Origin: an uncultured Bacteroides sp.
GTDB lineage: Bacteria > Bacillota > Clostridia > Christensenellales > CAG-917
Assembly (NCBI GenBank): GCA_964644355.1
Contig: CAZXUW010000001.1
Location: 4,461-68,460 of the forward strand
Reading direction: 5' to 3'
Length of the DNA: 64,000 nt
Below, one piece after another: positions 42,748 to 51,770 of this stretch. Each line of letters opens with the position of its first letter. The first letter of the stretch is position 1. The position numbers and the translations under genes are program-made. Below the pieces are notes generated by a model. The model was not told the DNA's origin and searched no databases. It worked only from the letters and a program-made list of their open reading frames with translations.

Positions 42748-45102
42748 ATGAAAAAGAAATTGATTGTCGCAACAGCTATCGTATTGATCATTGCTTTCAG
42801 CATGTCTTTGCTTGTTGGTTGTGACGAAATCTTCAAGAAGAACGAAAAGCGTGATGCTCAACAAATTGTGGCAACTGTCACATACGATGGTGCAAATCTT
42901 GGCAAACAAGTCAGCAACATCTACAAGTATGAGCTCGCAACAACCTTCAACAGCTATGCTTATATGTACGTCAATTACTACGGCATGAGCTATGAAGCAA
43001 CTGCAAATTATCTTGCACAATCACTTGCATCTCAAAGATTGCTTGCTCTTTATGCAACGGATAAGCTTGCAGGTATAAAAGGCAAGACAAGCATTGAAAG
43101 CCTTGCGGATTTGCTCACAAACAGTGAAATCAATCATGCAATCGAAGAAGCAAACGAGAGCATGTTGACAACGCTTGTGTCTCTTGTTGAGGACCTCATC
43201 ACAGAAGACAACGCAAACAATGCGTCTTCAAGCACAGGTTCCGATAAGGACGATACCACAGTTGATGAGAACACCTCTTTCACCGTGAGATTCTATTCAA
43301 ACGGCGGTAGCGACGTTGAAAAGCAAAAGGTTTATGCCAACGCAAAAGCCATAGAGCCGACCGAGCCTACAAAGACCGGTTATAAGTTCTACGGTTGGTA
43401 TGACAATGAAAACCTTGAGGGTGACGAGTTTGATTTTGACACTCCGATCACCATCAACCAAAAGCTTTATGCTAGATGGGAAAAATATGTTGCTCCACGC
43501 ACAGAGCTTCCAGAGGAAGAAGAAGTGGACGATTATGATCCCGAAGCAGATCTCGATGCAAACGATATTGCAGTGAAGTTCTTTGCAGAGAGCTACAAGG
43601 CAGATTTGTTTGACGACAGCAAAGAGGATAGCCTCTTCACAACAGAGTTCCTCAATGCAGATTTTGCAAGCAAGATCGATTCTGACAACCTTGTTGCAAC
43701 ACTCAAAGATTACATCAACGAAGGTTTGTCCGAGCTTGAGTCAACACTCACTTCAAATCTTTATCTTGACACATTTGAGGATTGCTACAACTACTACCTC
43801 AACAACCAATATCGCACGCTTGTTATAGAGAGCTTTGAGCGTTCTATCGGCGAGAGCAAGAACGTCACGAGAGAAGAAATCATTGCAGAATTCAATTCTG
43901 CAATCGCAAAGAACAAGGAAACGTTTGCAGGTAGCGACACGTCATACGAGTCCGCACTCACGGGCTCCTTGTCCTCCACATACTATCATCCAGAAAAAGG
44001 ATATGGCTTTGTCATCAACATTCTCTTTAAGCTTGACGACGAGTCAATGGAGAAGCTCAACGACCTTGCAACAATCAACCCGACCAACGTCGAAGCAGTT
44101 TTGCGTGAACGCAACAAGCTCATCTCAGAGATGACGGCATACGTTGCAAACCCGAGCTATGATGCAGAGGCAACCGTTGAGGATAAAGACGGCAACACTC
44201 TCGAATTGCGTGATCCTATGACGGATAAGAACAACCCGTACAACAACGTCGGCAAAGAAGCAGACACGACATACCAAGTTGAGGGTGGCAACAACTATCA
44301 ACAAATTGTCGAGTTCAAGCAAACAGACGGCGAGTGGGGCATTGTGTTCAACGCAACAGAGCATCCTGCAATGGCATATCTTATGGACAAAGTTCCTGTG
44401 TTCAGCACAGATACACAAAAAGGTCTCATCGAGCAAATTTACAACAGCTTCAACCAAGTTAAGTCCGCAGGTCTTGACAAGGCTCAAGAAGTGTATTGGC
44501 TCAGAAAGGTTGCAACAACGTGGGTATATCTCGTGTCAGACGACAGCGGTGCAACGTCAAGTGAATCCAACAATGGCGGACTTGGCTACCTCATCACTCC
44601 GGACGGCAAGGACAGCTCATATCTTGCAGACTTCACAACGTATGCTCGTAGCCTCATCACCAACGGCACAGGTTCATTCACAAACGGTGACGTGAGTGCA
44701 GATTGCTTCAAGGGTATCCAAGCAGACGGAACGTTTGCAGGCAACAACAAGGCATTTGTCATCGCAGACAGCCTAGTCACAGATGGTGTTGTCAAGTCTT
44801 CAACAAACGCATACGCAGGCGTGTTTGTGCTCCTCAACTCACTCACAGTGTGGGATGAGTCAAACGGCACATTCACAGAGGAAGATAAAGCCAACGGCAC
44901 ACTCCCAACAGATTATATCATCACCTATGGCAAGAGTGCCGATGACACCAAGACCATTTACGACACAATTCAAGACAGCATTCTCTCTGCAAAGAAGTCC
45001 GATGCTTACAATCTTGACGTCAACACAATGGCATCAAACAACAAAGATAGCATTGAGTATTTTGAGAAGGTTATCAAGCAACTTTGGGAAGACCTTGCAT
45101 AA
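42748..45102 (+). CDS. Large lipoprotein with one Listeria-Bacteroides (Flg_new) repeat; otherwise unknown
   Basis: MKKKLIVATAIVLIIAFSMSLLVGC lipobox. The FTVRFYSNGGSDVEKQKVYANAKAIEPTEPTKTGYKFYGWYDNENLEGDEFDFDTPITINQKLYARW repeat is present. Confidence 0.75.
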   Translation: MKKKLIVATAIVLIIAFSMSLLVGCDEIFKKNEKRDAQQIVATVTYDGANLGKQVSNIYKYELATTFNSYAYMYVNYYGMSYEATANYLAQSLASQRLLALYATDKLAGIKGKTSIESLADLLTNSEINHAIEEANESMLTTLVSLVEDLITEDNANNASSSTGSDKDDTTVDENTSFTVRFYSNGGSDVEKQKVYANAKAIEPTEPTKTGYKFYGWYDNENLEGDEFDFDTPITINQKLYARWEKYVAPRTELPEEEEVDDYDPEADLDANDIAVKFFAESYKADLFDDSKEDSLFTTEFLNADFASKIDSDNLVATLKDYINEGLSELESTLTSNLYLDTFEDCYNYYLNNQYRTLVIESFERSIGESKNVTREEIIAEFNSAIAKNKETFAGSDTSYESALTGSLSSTYYHPEKGYGFVINILFKLDDESMEKLNDLATINPTNVEAVLRERNKLISEMTAYVANPSYDAEATVEDKDGNTLELRDPMTDKNNPYNNVGKEADTTYQVEGGNNYQQIVEFKQTDGEWGIVFNATEHPAMAYLMDKVPVFSTDTQKGLIEQIYNSFNQVKSAGLDKAQEVYWLRKVATTWVYLVSDDSGATSSESNNGGLGYLITPDGKDSSYLADFTTYARSLITNGTGSFTNGDVSADCFKGIQADGTFAGNNKAFVIADSLVTDGVVKSSTNAYAGVFVLLNSLTVWDESNGTFTEEDKANGTLPTDYIITYGKSADDTKTIYDTIQDSILSAKKSDAYNLDVNTMASNNKDSIEYFEKVIKQLWEDLA

Positions 45103-45132
45103 ACCAATCTATTGAGTAAATAACGGCGTAGA

Positions 45133-45190
45133 AGCCCCACGAGAGGCAATCCGTGCAACAAGCAGGATTGACTACTGTGGGGCTCTTTTT
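45133..45190 (+). terminator. Long-stem rho-independent terminator
   Basis: AGCCCCAC (45133-40) pairs with GTGGGGCT (45177-84), with an inner CAATCC/GGATTG helix, followed by CTTTTT. Confidence 0.7.
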
Positions 45191-45245
45191 GTGCTCTTTA
45201 GCTCAATGTGGCATCCTTTACGTGCGGATAATCCCTTAAATACAC

Positions 45246-45375
45246 CAAGCTGTGCCAGCGCCTTCGTCGATGGAGGTTCTTGTGTTCAGTTATGGAGTTT
45301 AGGGTTTAGAGTTATGATTGCCTCACGGCAAGTTTAGGATGACAATTTCTTGACACGGCAAGCTGTGCCAGCGCC
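45246..45375 (+). repeat. Two direct copies of a 17-mer (CAAGCTGTGCCAGCGCC) 113 nt apart in a ~250-nt non-coding region
   Basis: Exact copies lie at 45246-45262 and 45359-45375. Flanks are partly similar (ACAC..; ..CTTCGTCG / ..CTTTGCACGTCG). The core AAGCTGTGCCA recurs in inverse orientation at 35121-35131. Confidence 0.7.
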
Positions 45376-45489
45376 CTTTGCACGTCGTGTCGGTCGCCAT
45401 AATCACCGTGCTGGCTGACAAGATTGGATAAGGGGCTGTCTTCCACAATAATTTAATATAATCATCACAATGTAGATTTCCTTGTGCTA

Positions 45490-45518
45490 TTGACACGGGC
45501 ATATCTTTTTGGTATTAT
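45490..45518 (+). promoter_or_regulatory. Sigma-A-type promoter (extended -10) of the GH31 gene
   Basis: TTGACA (45490-95), 17 nt, TGgTATTAT (45510-18). Confidence 0.6.
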
Positions 45519-45548
45519 ATTTTTAATACATATTTATATATAGGAGAT

Positions 45549-47660
45549 ATGGATATGAGGTTCTCTCAAGAGCTTGCACCATGCAAAAAAGAGAATACGA
45601 TCATCATCGGTGACATCAGATTGAGTGTCATTACCGACAGAATTTTGCGTATTGAAAAGTGCAGTTTGACTGACAACAGAACACAGCTTGTTATGTGCAG
45701 AAATTTTGCAAATCCGCAGTTTACATATGCAAAAAACGGCAATAAAGTATCGATTGAGACACGTTTGTGCAATTTTTCAATCAATTTGAAACAGCTCAAA
45801 GTGCTTGTCACGTTCAAGGCAAGTGGCAAGGCGGGAGTTGCTTCCAACAAGTTGAATTTGGGCGGTACTGCTCGTACGTTGGATGGCACTTTTGGATTGC
45901 TTGGCGGTTGGAAAGGCAAGAGGGAAAAGAAAGATCACTTCTTCATTGCTCACATTCGCAAGGGCATTTTTGCAACAAACGGTGTCAGTGAAATTGACGA
46001 CTCCGATTCCGTTTTGTTGCAAGCGGACGGCAGTGTTACGCCACGTCCTGCAAAGTGCGTTGACAAGTATATTTTTGCATTTGCAGACGATTATCTTGGC
46101 GGACTTGAAGAGTTTTATTCGCTCACAGGTCACACACCGCTTTTGCCCAAATACGTGCTGGGCAACTGGTGGTCTCGCTATCATATGTATACGGACAAAG
46201 AGTATCTTGAGCTGATGGATAAATTTGAGAGCAAGAATATTCCTCTCACCGTTGCCACAATCGACATGGATTGGCACATTGTCAAGAACGTGCCAAAAGA
46301 TGCGGAGTACAAGTCAATGCAGGGTGCCGGCTGGACAGGCTATACCTTTGAAAAGGAGCTATTCCCCGACTACAAGGCTTTTTTAGCCAATTTGAAGGGG
46401 AGAGGCTTGGCTGTGACAATGAACTTGCATCCTCGTGACGGTGTGCGTTATTTTGAACAGCAATATCCGGATATGGCAAGAGCATGCGGAGTGGATCCCG
46501 CAAGCAAAAAGACAATAGAATTTGACTTGACGGATAAGCGTTTTTTGAACGCATATTTTGACATCTTGCATCATCCGTATGAGGAGGATGGTGTGGATTT
46601 TTGGTGGATTGACTGGCAACAGGGCACAAAGTCCAAAATGGGTAACCTCGATCCATTGTGGCTACTCAACCACTATCACACGCTCGACATCAATCGTGAT
46701 GGCAACAACAGCGTGATACTCTCACGTTATGCAGGGCTTGGCTCTCATCGTTATCCGCTGGGCTTTTCGGGTGACACGCTTGTTTTGTGGAAAAGCTTGA
46801 AGCTTCAGCCGTATTTTACCGCTCTTGCATCCAACGCAGGCTACACTTGGTGGTCGCACGACATAGGCGGACATCTCATGGGACACGGTGACAACGAGCT
46901 GTATTTAAGATGGCTACAATATGGCGTTTTCTCTCCGATCAACCGCTTGCATTCCAACCATAAGGCACTCAGCAAAGAACCATGGAATTATCCGCAAGTT
47001 GAAAAAATTGCAGAGGATTTTATGCGGTTGAGACATAGACTTTTGCCATATTTGTACAGTGCAAACGTGCGTACCGCAAACGAGGGTGTGCCACTTATTT
47101 GCCCCACTTACTACTACTCAAAAGATAAAAACGCATATGCGAAAAAATGGCAAAATCAATACTATTTTGGAGAGCAAATGTACGTTTGTGCAGTGACGCA
47201 CAAGGGCAAGGGCGGACAAACAAAACAGAAAATTTGGCTCCCCCAAGGCAATTGGATAAACTTCTTCAATGGCGAAAAATTTGAGGGTGGCAAGGAATAT
47301 ACCATTGCTTGCAAGCTTGAGGAATATCCCGTATTCGTCAAAGAGGGGGCGGTTATCCCACTTCTTAAAACGGACACAAACAGCACGGACTTTGACAATA
47401 TCGAGCTTAGAATTTATCCCGGCGATGCAGTGTATACAATGTATGACGAGACGGGAAAAATCTCAATCGGCATGAAAAAGGACGAAAAAGGCTATGACGT
47501 CATCATCATTCCGCAAGATAGCAAAACAAGCAATCTAACCGTGAATTTTGTTGGTCTCAACCCATCTGGCATTTACGTCAACGACGTCGAAGTAGAGCCG
47601 ACAGAACTTGAGAATTTGCCATGCAAACCGATGAGAATTAGACTGGAAAACGCAAAGTGA
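45549..47660 (+). CDS. Glycoside hydrolase, GH31-like TIM-barrel (alpha-glucosidase/xylosidase family)
   Basis: 703 aa. IDMDWH..GWTGYTF...FPD, VDFWWIDWQQG, RYPLGFSGDT..W..L and WWSHDIGGH follow the GH31 motif order as I remember it. No signal peptide is present. Confidence 0.65.
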   Translation: MDMRFSQELAPCKKENTIIIGDIRLSVITDRILRIEKCSLTDNRTQLVMCRNFANPQFTYAKNGNKVSIETRLCNFSINLKQLKVLVTFKASGKAGVASNKLNLGGTARTLDGTFGLLGGWKGKREKKDHFFIAHIRKGIFATNGVSEIDDSDSVLLQADGSVTPRPAKCVDKYIFAFADDYLGGLEEFYSLTGHTPLLPKYVLGNWWSRYHMYTDKEYLELMDKFESKNIPLTVATIDMDWHIVKNVPKDAEYKSMQGAGWTGYTFEKELFPDYKAFLANLKGRGLAVTMNLHPRDGVRYFEQQYPDMARACGVDPASKKTIEFDLTDKRFLNAYFDILHHPYEEDGVDFWWIDWQQGTKSKMGNLDPLWLLNHYHTLDINRDGNNSVILSRYAGLGSHRYPLGFSGDTLVLWKSLKLQPYFTALASNAGYTWWSHDIGGHLMGHGDNELYLRWLQYGVFSPINRLHSNHKALSKEPWNYPQVEKIAEDFMRLRHRLLPYLYSANVRTANEGVPLICPTYYYSKDKNAYAKKWQNQYYFGEQMYVCAVTHKGKGGQTKQKIWLPQGNWINFFNGEKFEGGKEYTIACKLEEYPVFVKEGAVIPLLKTDTNSTDFDNIELRIYPGDAVYTMYDETGKISIGMKKDEKGYDVIIIPQDSKTSNLTVNFVGLNPSGIYVNDVEVEPTELENLPCKPMRIRLENAK

Positions 47661-47712
47661 TTCGGTTGAAAAATATTTTTGTCGGAAAAATTGTCAAAAC
47701 ACTGAAAAATGC

Positions 47713-47741
47713 TTGACTTATTTTAAGATATTTAATATTAT
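47713..47741 (+). promoter_or_regulatory. Sigma-A-type promoter of rplM-rpsI (followed by a ~90-nt leader, possibly an L13-type autoregulatory leader)
   Basis: TTGACT (47713-18), 17 nt, TATTAT (47736-41). The leader identity was not verified. Confidence 0.55.
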
Positions 47742-47839
47742 TATCAAGCATATTTTTGTAAGAGATATGTCGTTGCAAAGAACTAGCCCCTCGGAGCAAA
47801 GCACATTTCTTTCAAAAAACATTTTTGGAGGTTAGCACA

Positions 47840-48304
47840 ATGGCTAAGGATTTGTCTACAATGGCAAAAAACAATAAGTCTTATATGGCAAAGCCCGGCG
47901 AAGTGGAAAGCAAGTGGTACGTTGTCGATGCAACCGGTATGGTTCTCGGCCGTCTCGCATCTCAAGTTGCAACAATCTTGAAGGGCAAGAATAAACCACA
48001 ATACACTCCCAACGTAGACTGTGGCGACCATGTTATTATAATCAACTGCGACAAGATTGTCCTCACAGGCAACAAGCTCGAGGATAAATACTATCGTTAT
48101 CACACCGGTTACATTGGCGGACTCAAAGAAGTTCAATACAAGAAGCTCATGGCAGAAAAGCCGGAGTTCGTAGTGTACAAGGCAGTCAAGGGCATGCTCC
48201 CAAAGAACACTCTTGGCGCAAAGATGCTCAAGAAACTCCGTGTTTATCAAGGTGCAGAGCATGATCATCAGGCACAATGCCCTGTTGAGCTTAAGCTTAA
48301 CTGA
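47840..48304 (+). CDS. rplM: 50S ribosomal protein L13
   Basis: ..[46 protein letters not shown] 47840 lies 8 nt after GGAGG. Confidence 0.93.
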   Translation: MAKDLSTMAKNNKSYMAKPGEVESKWYVVDATGMVLGRLASQVATILKGKNKPQYTPNVDCGDHVIIINCDKIVLTGNKLEDKYYRYHTGYIGGLKEVQYKKLMAEKPEFVVYKAVKGMLPKNTLGAKMLKKLRVYQGAEHDHQAQCPVELKLN

Positions 48305-48318
48305 TTGAGAGGTGAATT

Positions 48319-48729
48319 ATGGCAACTAAGAAAACCAAGAAAGTCCAATATCTCGGCACAGGCAGAAGAAAGACAGCAGTCGCAAGAGTGCGTCTCATCC
48401 CCGGCGAAGGTCAAATTGTCATCAACAAGCGTACTCTCGATGAGTATTTTCCGCTTGACACGATGAAGCTCATCGTCAATCAACCACTCGTTGCAACAAG
48501 CACAACCGACAAGTTTGACGTATACGTCAACGTTTACGGTGGTGGTTACACCGGTCAAGCAGGCGCAATCCGTCACGGTATCGCAAGAGCTCTCTGCGTT
48601 GCAGACAGCGAAGCATACAGAGCAATCCTCAAGAAAGAAGGTTACCTCACACGTGATCCAAGAGCAAAAGAGCGTAAGAAATACGGTTTGCATAAGGCAC
48701 GTAAAGCACCTCAATTCTCAAAGAGATAA
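48319..48729 (+). CDS. rpsI: 30S ribosomal protein S9
   Basis: ..[27 protein letters not shown]... ends ..[18 protein letters not shown]. Confidence 0.93.
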   Translation: MATKKTKKVQYLGTGRRKTAVARVRLIPGEGQIVINKRTLDEYFPLDTMKLIVNQPLVATSTTDKFDVYVNVYGGGYTGQAGAIRHGIARALCVADSEAYRAILKKEGYLTRDPRAKERKKYGLHKARKAPQFSKR

Positions 48730-48755
48730 TCAGGCGCATTCAAAACGCACAAACA

Positions 48756-48781
48756 AGCACGGCATTTTGCCGTGCTTTTTT
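48756..48781 (+). terminator. Rho-independent terminator
   Basis: AGCACGGC (48756-63), loop ATTTT, GCCGTGCT (48769-76), then TTTTT. Confidence 0.85.
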
Positions 48782-48813
48782 CTACGTCCTAAAATATTCA
48801 TTAAAATTACATA

Positions 48814-48842
48814 TTGACAATGCATATATTTACGCATATAAT
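48814..48842 (+). promoter_or_regulatory. Sigma-A-type promoter
   Basis: TTGACA (48814-19), 17 nt, TATAAT (48837-42): full consensus. Confidence 0.65.
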
Positions 48843-48906
48843 TTTTTTAATAAAGCTACGCAATGTATGATAGCGTACATTGTGTTTGAAAAGAAGGGAG
48901 GGTTTT

Positions 48907-49650
48907 ATGCCTAAATTTGTAAAATGCAAAAATTGTGGCGAGGCTATGCCTGTTGATATAACAAGCGAAGTTTTGCACTGCGAGCATTGTGGCAAAAAGT
49001 ACAAAAATCCGTATTTTAAGCCACAAGAAATCCTTGAAGAAGCTCCACCGCAAGCTCCTGTTGAGGAACCGATGGTCAAAGAGGAGCCGATGCCCGTTGA
49101 GAGTGCGATGTCCTTTGAGATTCCGTCTGCACCTGCTGAAGACGATCATAAAGAGCCTCGCAAAATCGTGCGTGCTCCAAAGAAAGGCGTGGCAATTGCA
49201 AGGCTTATCTTTGCACTTATTGCATTCGGTATAGCGTGCGGAATGCAAGTTGTGCCTTCTATTATCAATTATATATCTTATTCTTGGGAATATAGCGGAA
49301 GTGAGGAATTCTATCTTGCCATAATCGATTTTGCTATTTTGGTTGTGATTTTCGTGTTTTTACTTGTCAATCTTATCACGTCCGCAACCTGCGTAAGCGG
49401 AAAAGAAAGCAAAATCAAGTCCAATCGGTCGGGAGCAATCGCATCTGCGATATTCTCATTGCTTGTCACTCTTTGGTATGGTTACAGTGCGGTTAACGTT
49501 ACACTGTTATATTTGAACGCGGAAGGAGCAAAATCGGCCGTGAGCATAGTTATGATGGTGTGCCTTTACGTGATTCCCAACTTCATCGTGTTTATTTTGA
49601 GCTGCGTATGTGCAACTCAACTTAAGAAGGCAATCAAAAAATCCGTCTGA
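48907..49650 (+). CDS. Zinc-ribbon + proline-rich linker + 4-TM membrane protein; probably the N-terminal part of a gene split at an A6 run
   Basis: ATG 48907 follows GGGAGGG. MPKFVKCKNCGEAMPVD..LHCEHCGKKY (CxxC..CxxC), followed by TM spans. The stop at 49648-50 comes just after AAAAAA (49636-41). Confidence 0.7.
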   Translation: MPKFVKCKNCGEAMPVDITSEVLHCEHCGKKYKNPYFKPQEILEEAPPQAPVEEPMVKEEPMPVESAMSFEIPSAPAEDDHKEPRKIVRAPKKGVAIARLIFALIAFGIACGMQVVPSIINYISYSWEYSGSEEFYLAIIDFAILVVIFVFLLVNLITSATCVSGKESKIKSNRSGAIASAIFSLLVTLWYGYSAVNVTLLYLNAEGAKSAVSIVMMVCLYVIPNFIVFILSCVCATQLKKAIKKSV

Positions 49651-50107
49651 ATATTCTGTTGAGGTCAAAGAGACTGCTCCCGCTGTGCAAAATACTCCCA
49701 AGGCACCGGGCGAGCCAATCGGATACGTGCAAGTGCAAAATCAAGCACAACAGATGGGATACATTCCCGTTTACGGAGCAACGCCGAGCATGCGTGTTCC
49801 CGGAGCTAAGAGTGAGTTCAATGGCGGTCTTTTGAGCCTTATCGGCTTGAATATCGTCAACTGGCTCATCATAATTTTTACACTCGGTTTTGGTGTGCCG
49901 TGGGCTATTAGAAGGGAATATACTTGGCTTTATGAGCATCAAATTATTGACGGAAGAAAGCTTGAGTTCACCGGCAAAGCAGGAAGCTTGCTCGGACAAT
50001 GGATCAAGTGGTGTTTGCTCTCAATCATTACACTTGGCATTTACGCATTGTGGGTGCCAATCAAAAAGCAAAAGTGGATCACCGAACATACGCATTTTGA
50101 GGCATAA
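49610..50107 (+). CDS. DUF898/YjgN-like membrane domain; probably the C-terminal continuation of 48907-49650
   Basis: The frame is open from 49610 (GTG) with no SD. FNGGLLSLIGLNIVNWLIIIFTLGFGVPW...W.....IDGRKLEFTGKAGSL...I.W.LLSIITLGIYALWVP resembles DUF898. The frame is joined to the upstream ORF by deleting one A from the A6 run. Confidence 0.6.
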   Translation: MQLNLRRQSKNPSEYSVEVKETAPAVQNTPKAPGEPIGYVQVQNQAQQMGYIPVYGATPSMRVPGAKSEFNGGLLSLIGLNIVNWLIIIFTLGFGVPWAIRREYTWLYEHQIIDGRKLEFTGKAGSLLGQWIKWCLLSIITLGIYALWVPIKKQKWITEHTHFEA

Positions 50108-50131
50108 TTCGCAAGTTTTGCAAAACAACAA

Positions 50132-50163
50132 AAAGGGCAACGTCTTTCACGACGTTGCCCTTT
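50132..50163. terminator. Bidirectional terminator between convergent genes
   Basis: AAAGGGCAACGTC (50132-44), loop TTTCAC, GACGTTGCCCTTT (50151-63). Confidence 0.85.
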
Positions 50164-50191
50164 ATCATATCAAAAACAATGTTTAATCCAT

Positions 50192-51547
50192 TTATTTTGC
50201 AATTTCTTGGCAATATGCGTTGTGGGGGATAAGCTCCGCTTTTTTTGGTTTTGTCACAAAGAACATCAAGAGTGCACAAAGCATTGTCAAACAATCCGCC
50301 ACCGGAGTTGCTATCCACATTCCCGTCATTCCCCATAGATAGGAGAATAAATAGACGATGGGAAGTATGGTGACAAGTCCTTTCAGAATGGTGATAAGTT
50401 GAGCATACAAGCCCTTGTTGGATGCGGTGAAGTAGGCGGAAAACAGTTGGTTGAAGCCTGCAAACAGCACCGAGATGAAGTAGAGCTTTGTGCCGAGCAC
50501 GGCAAGCTCTTGCAGCTGTTCTTTGCCCTCGGAGTTGAATATGGATACAAAGCCGTCCGCTCCAAAGAAAAGAGCGAGATATTCTATGATGGCAACAACT
50601 CCCGTTGTGATGAGGGCGTAGCGTAAAACTTGCTTGATTTTGGCATGGTTGCACTCTCCGTAGCTGAAACTTATCATGGGTTGTGTGCCCTGTGAAATGC
50701 CGTTGAAGATTGCGTTTGTCACGTAGAAAATGTTGATGATAATTGCATATGCGGCAACCGCCGTATCTCCGCCAAGCTTTTTGAATAGGGAGTTGAACAC
50801 AAACAGCACGATTGCGGCGGTAATCTCGCCTATAAAGGTGGAAAGACCGAGCGTGCAAATTTGTCCGTACGTGTGGGCGGATAGCTTTGTCTTTTCAAAA
50901 CGGAAGGTGTTTTTCTTCCTTATAAAGTGTATGGAAACGATTGCAAGGCTGACGATTGGAGAAAAGCCTGTTGCAAGTGCCGCACCGAGCATATCCATAT
51001 TGCAAGGGAACACCAAGATGTAGTCAAAAACGATGTTGAAAAGGTTGCCCGCAAGGGATGCAATCATTGCAAGGCGAGGAGCGTTGTCATTTCTTACAAA
51101 GTTTTGAAAAACGTTGCTGAACATAAAGAAGGGAGCAAAACACAATATCACTTGAACGTAAGTTTTGCTGTTGGCATAAGTTGCGCCCTCTGCTCCGAGC
51201 ATAGTGGCTATCGGCCCTGATAGCGTCAAGCCGAGAATGAGGAATATCACGGCAAAAACCGAAGTGATAATAATGGTGTGTGAAAACACTTTGTTTGCAC
51301 CGCTGTGGTCTCCTGCACCTTTGCACATAGCCATTTTTGCTCCTCCGCCAACCGCAAAGAGCATGCCGAGTGAAAAAACTATGTTGAAAGAGGGTGCAGA
51401 TAGATTGAGGGATGCAAGTCCGTTTTCACCAAGCTTAAGCGAAACAAAGAATGTGTCTGCAAGAATGTAACAGCTCAAACCTATCATAGCTATTACGTTT
51501 GCAGAGACGTATTTTGCAAACTCTTTTAGTACGTGATTGTTTTTCAT
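50192..51547 (-). CDS. MATE-family efflux transporter
   Basis: The preferred start is ATG 51547 (MKNNHVLKEFAKYV..), after GGAGAAAAGG. It has 12 hydrophobic spans and MATE-like sequence (VIAMIGLSCYILADTFFVS.LG..GLA..). Confidence 0.85.
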   Translation of the reverse strand: MKNNHVLKEFAKYVSANVIAMIGLSCYILADTFFVSLKLGENGLASLNLSAPSFNIVFSLGMLFAVGGGAKMAMCKGAGDHSGANKVFSHTIIITSVFAVIFLILGLTLSGPIATMLGAEGATYANSKTYVQVILCFAPFFMFSNVFQNFVRNDNAPRLAMIASLAGNLFNIVFDYILVFPCNMDMLGAALATGFSPIVSLAIVSIHFIRKKNTFRFEKTKLSAHTYGQICTLGLSTFIGEITAAIVLFVFNSLFKKLGGDTAVAAYAIIINIFYVTNAIFNGISQGTQPMISFSYGECNHAKIKQVLRYALITTGVVAIIEYLALFFGADGFVSIFNSEGKEQLQELAVLGTKLYFISVLFAGFNQLFSAYFTASNKGLYAQLITILKGLVTILPIVYLFSYLWGMTGMWIATPVADCLTMLCALLMFFVTKPKKAELIPHNAYCQEIAK

Positions 51548-51560
51548 CCTTTTCTCCAAT

Positions 51561-51613
51561 AAAAAAGCGTCCATCATTGCATCTACAAAGGCCTACCAAT
51601 GCAATTATGACGC
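51561..51613 (-). terminator. Intrinsic terminator within the MATE 5' leader (attenuator)
   Basis: The minus-strand RNA reads GCGUCAUAAUUGCAU..(16-nt loop)..AUGCAAUGAUGGACGC + U6. It lies between the predicted TSS (~51652) and the SD. Confidence 0.6.
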
Positions 51614-51658
51614 ACCTATGGCGACTCGTCCGGCGACGAGAATATCTTTACAATCCGC

Positions 51659-51687
51659 ATTATATCAACTTAATATATCAATGTCAA
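51659..51687 (-). promoter_or_regulatory. Sigma-A-type promoter of the MATE gene
   Basis: On the minus strand: TTGACA (51687-82), 17 nt, TATAAT (51664-59): full consensus. Confidence 0.65.
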
Positions 51688-51718
51688 ACGAGAAAACGGC
51701 AAAGTTTTGTATATAATA

Positions 51719-51748
51719 CAAAAAAGTCGCAGATTGTGTATCTGCGAC
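51719..51748 (-). terminator. Rho-independent terminator of the XRE-family gene
   Basis: The minus strand reads GTCGCAGAT-ACACA-ATCTGCGAC followed by T6-7 (plus-strand A-run 51719-25). Confidence 0.85.
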
Positions 51749-51770
51749 CTTTGTGAAATCGGTGGGTGAA

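Noticed and set aside
50079-50858. A 259-aa ORF overlaps the MATE gene on the same strand in another frame.
   Set aside because: It is an Arg/His/Cys-rich nonsense-like sequence. The MATE frame has 12 TM spans and family motifs.
51614-51652. CCGGACGAG...GGUGCG in the MATE leader resembles the 5' end of the guanidine-III riboswitch, and there are ACGR-type loops as in guanidine-II.
   Set aside because: The second CCGG and the pseudoknot partner strands of guanidine-III are absent. The hairpin loop is GCCG, not ACGR. The similarity is limited to ~9 nt.
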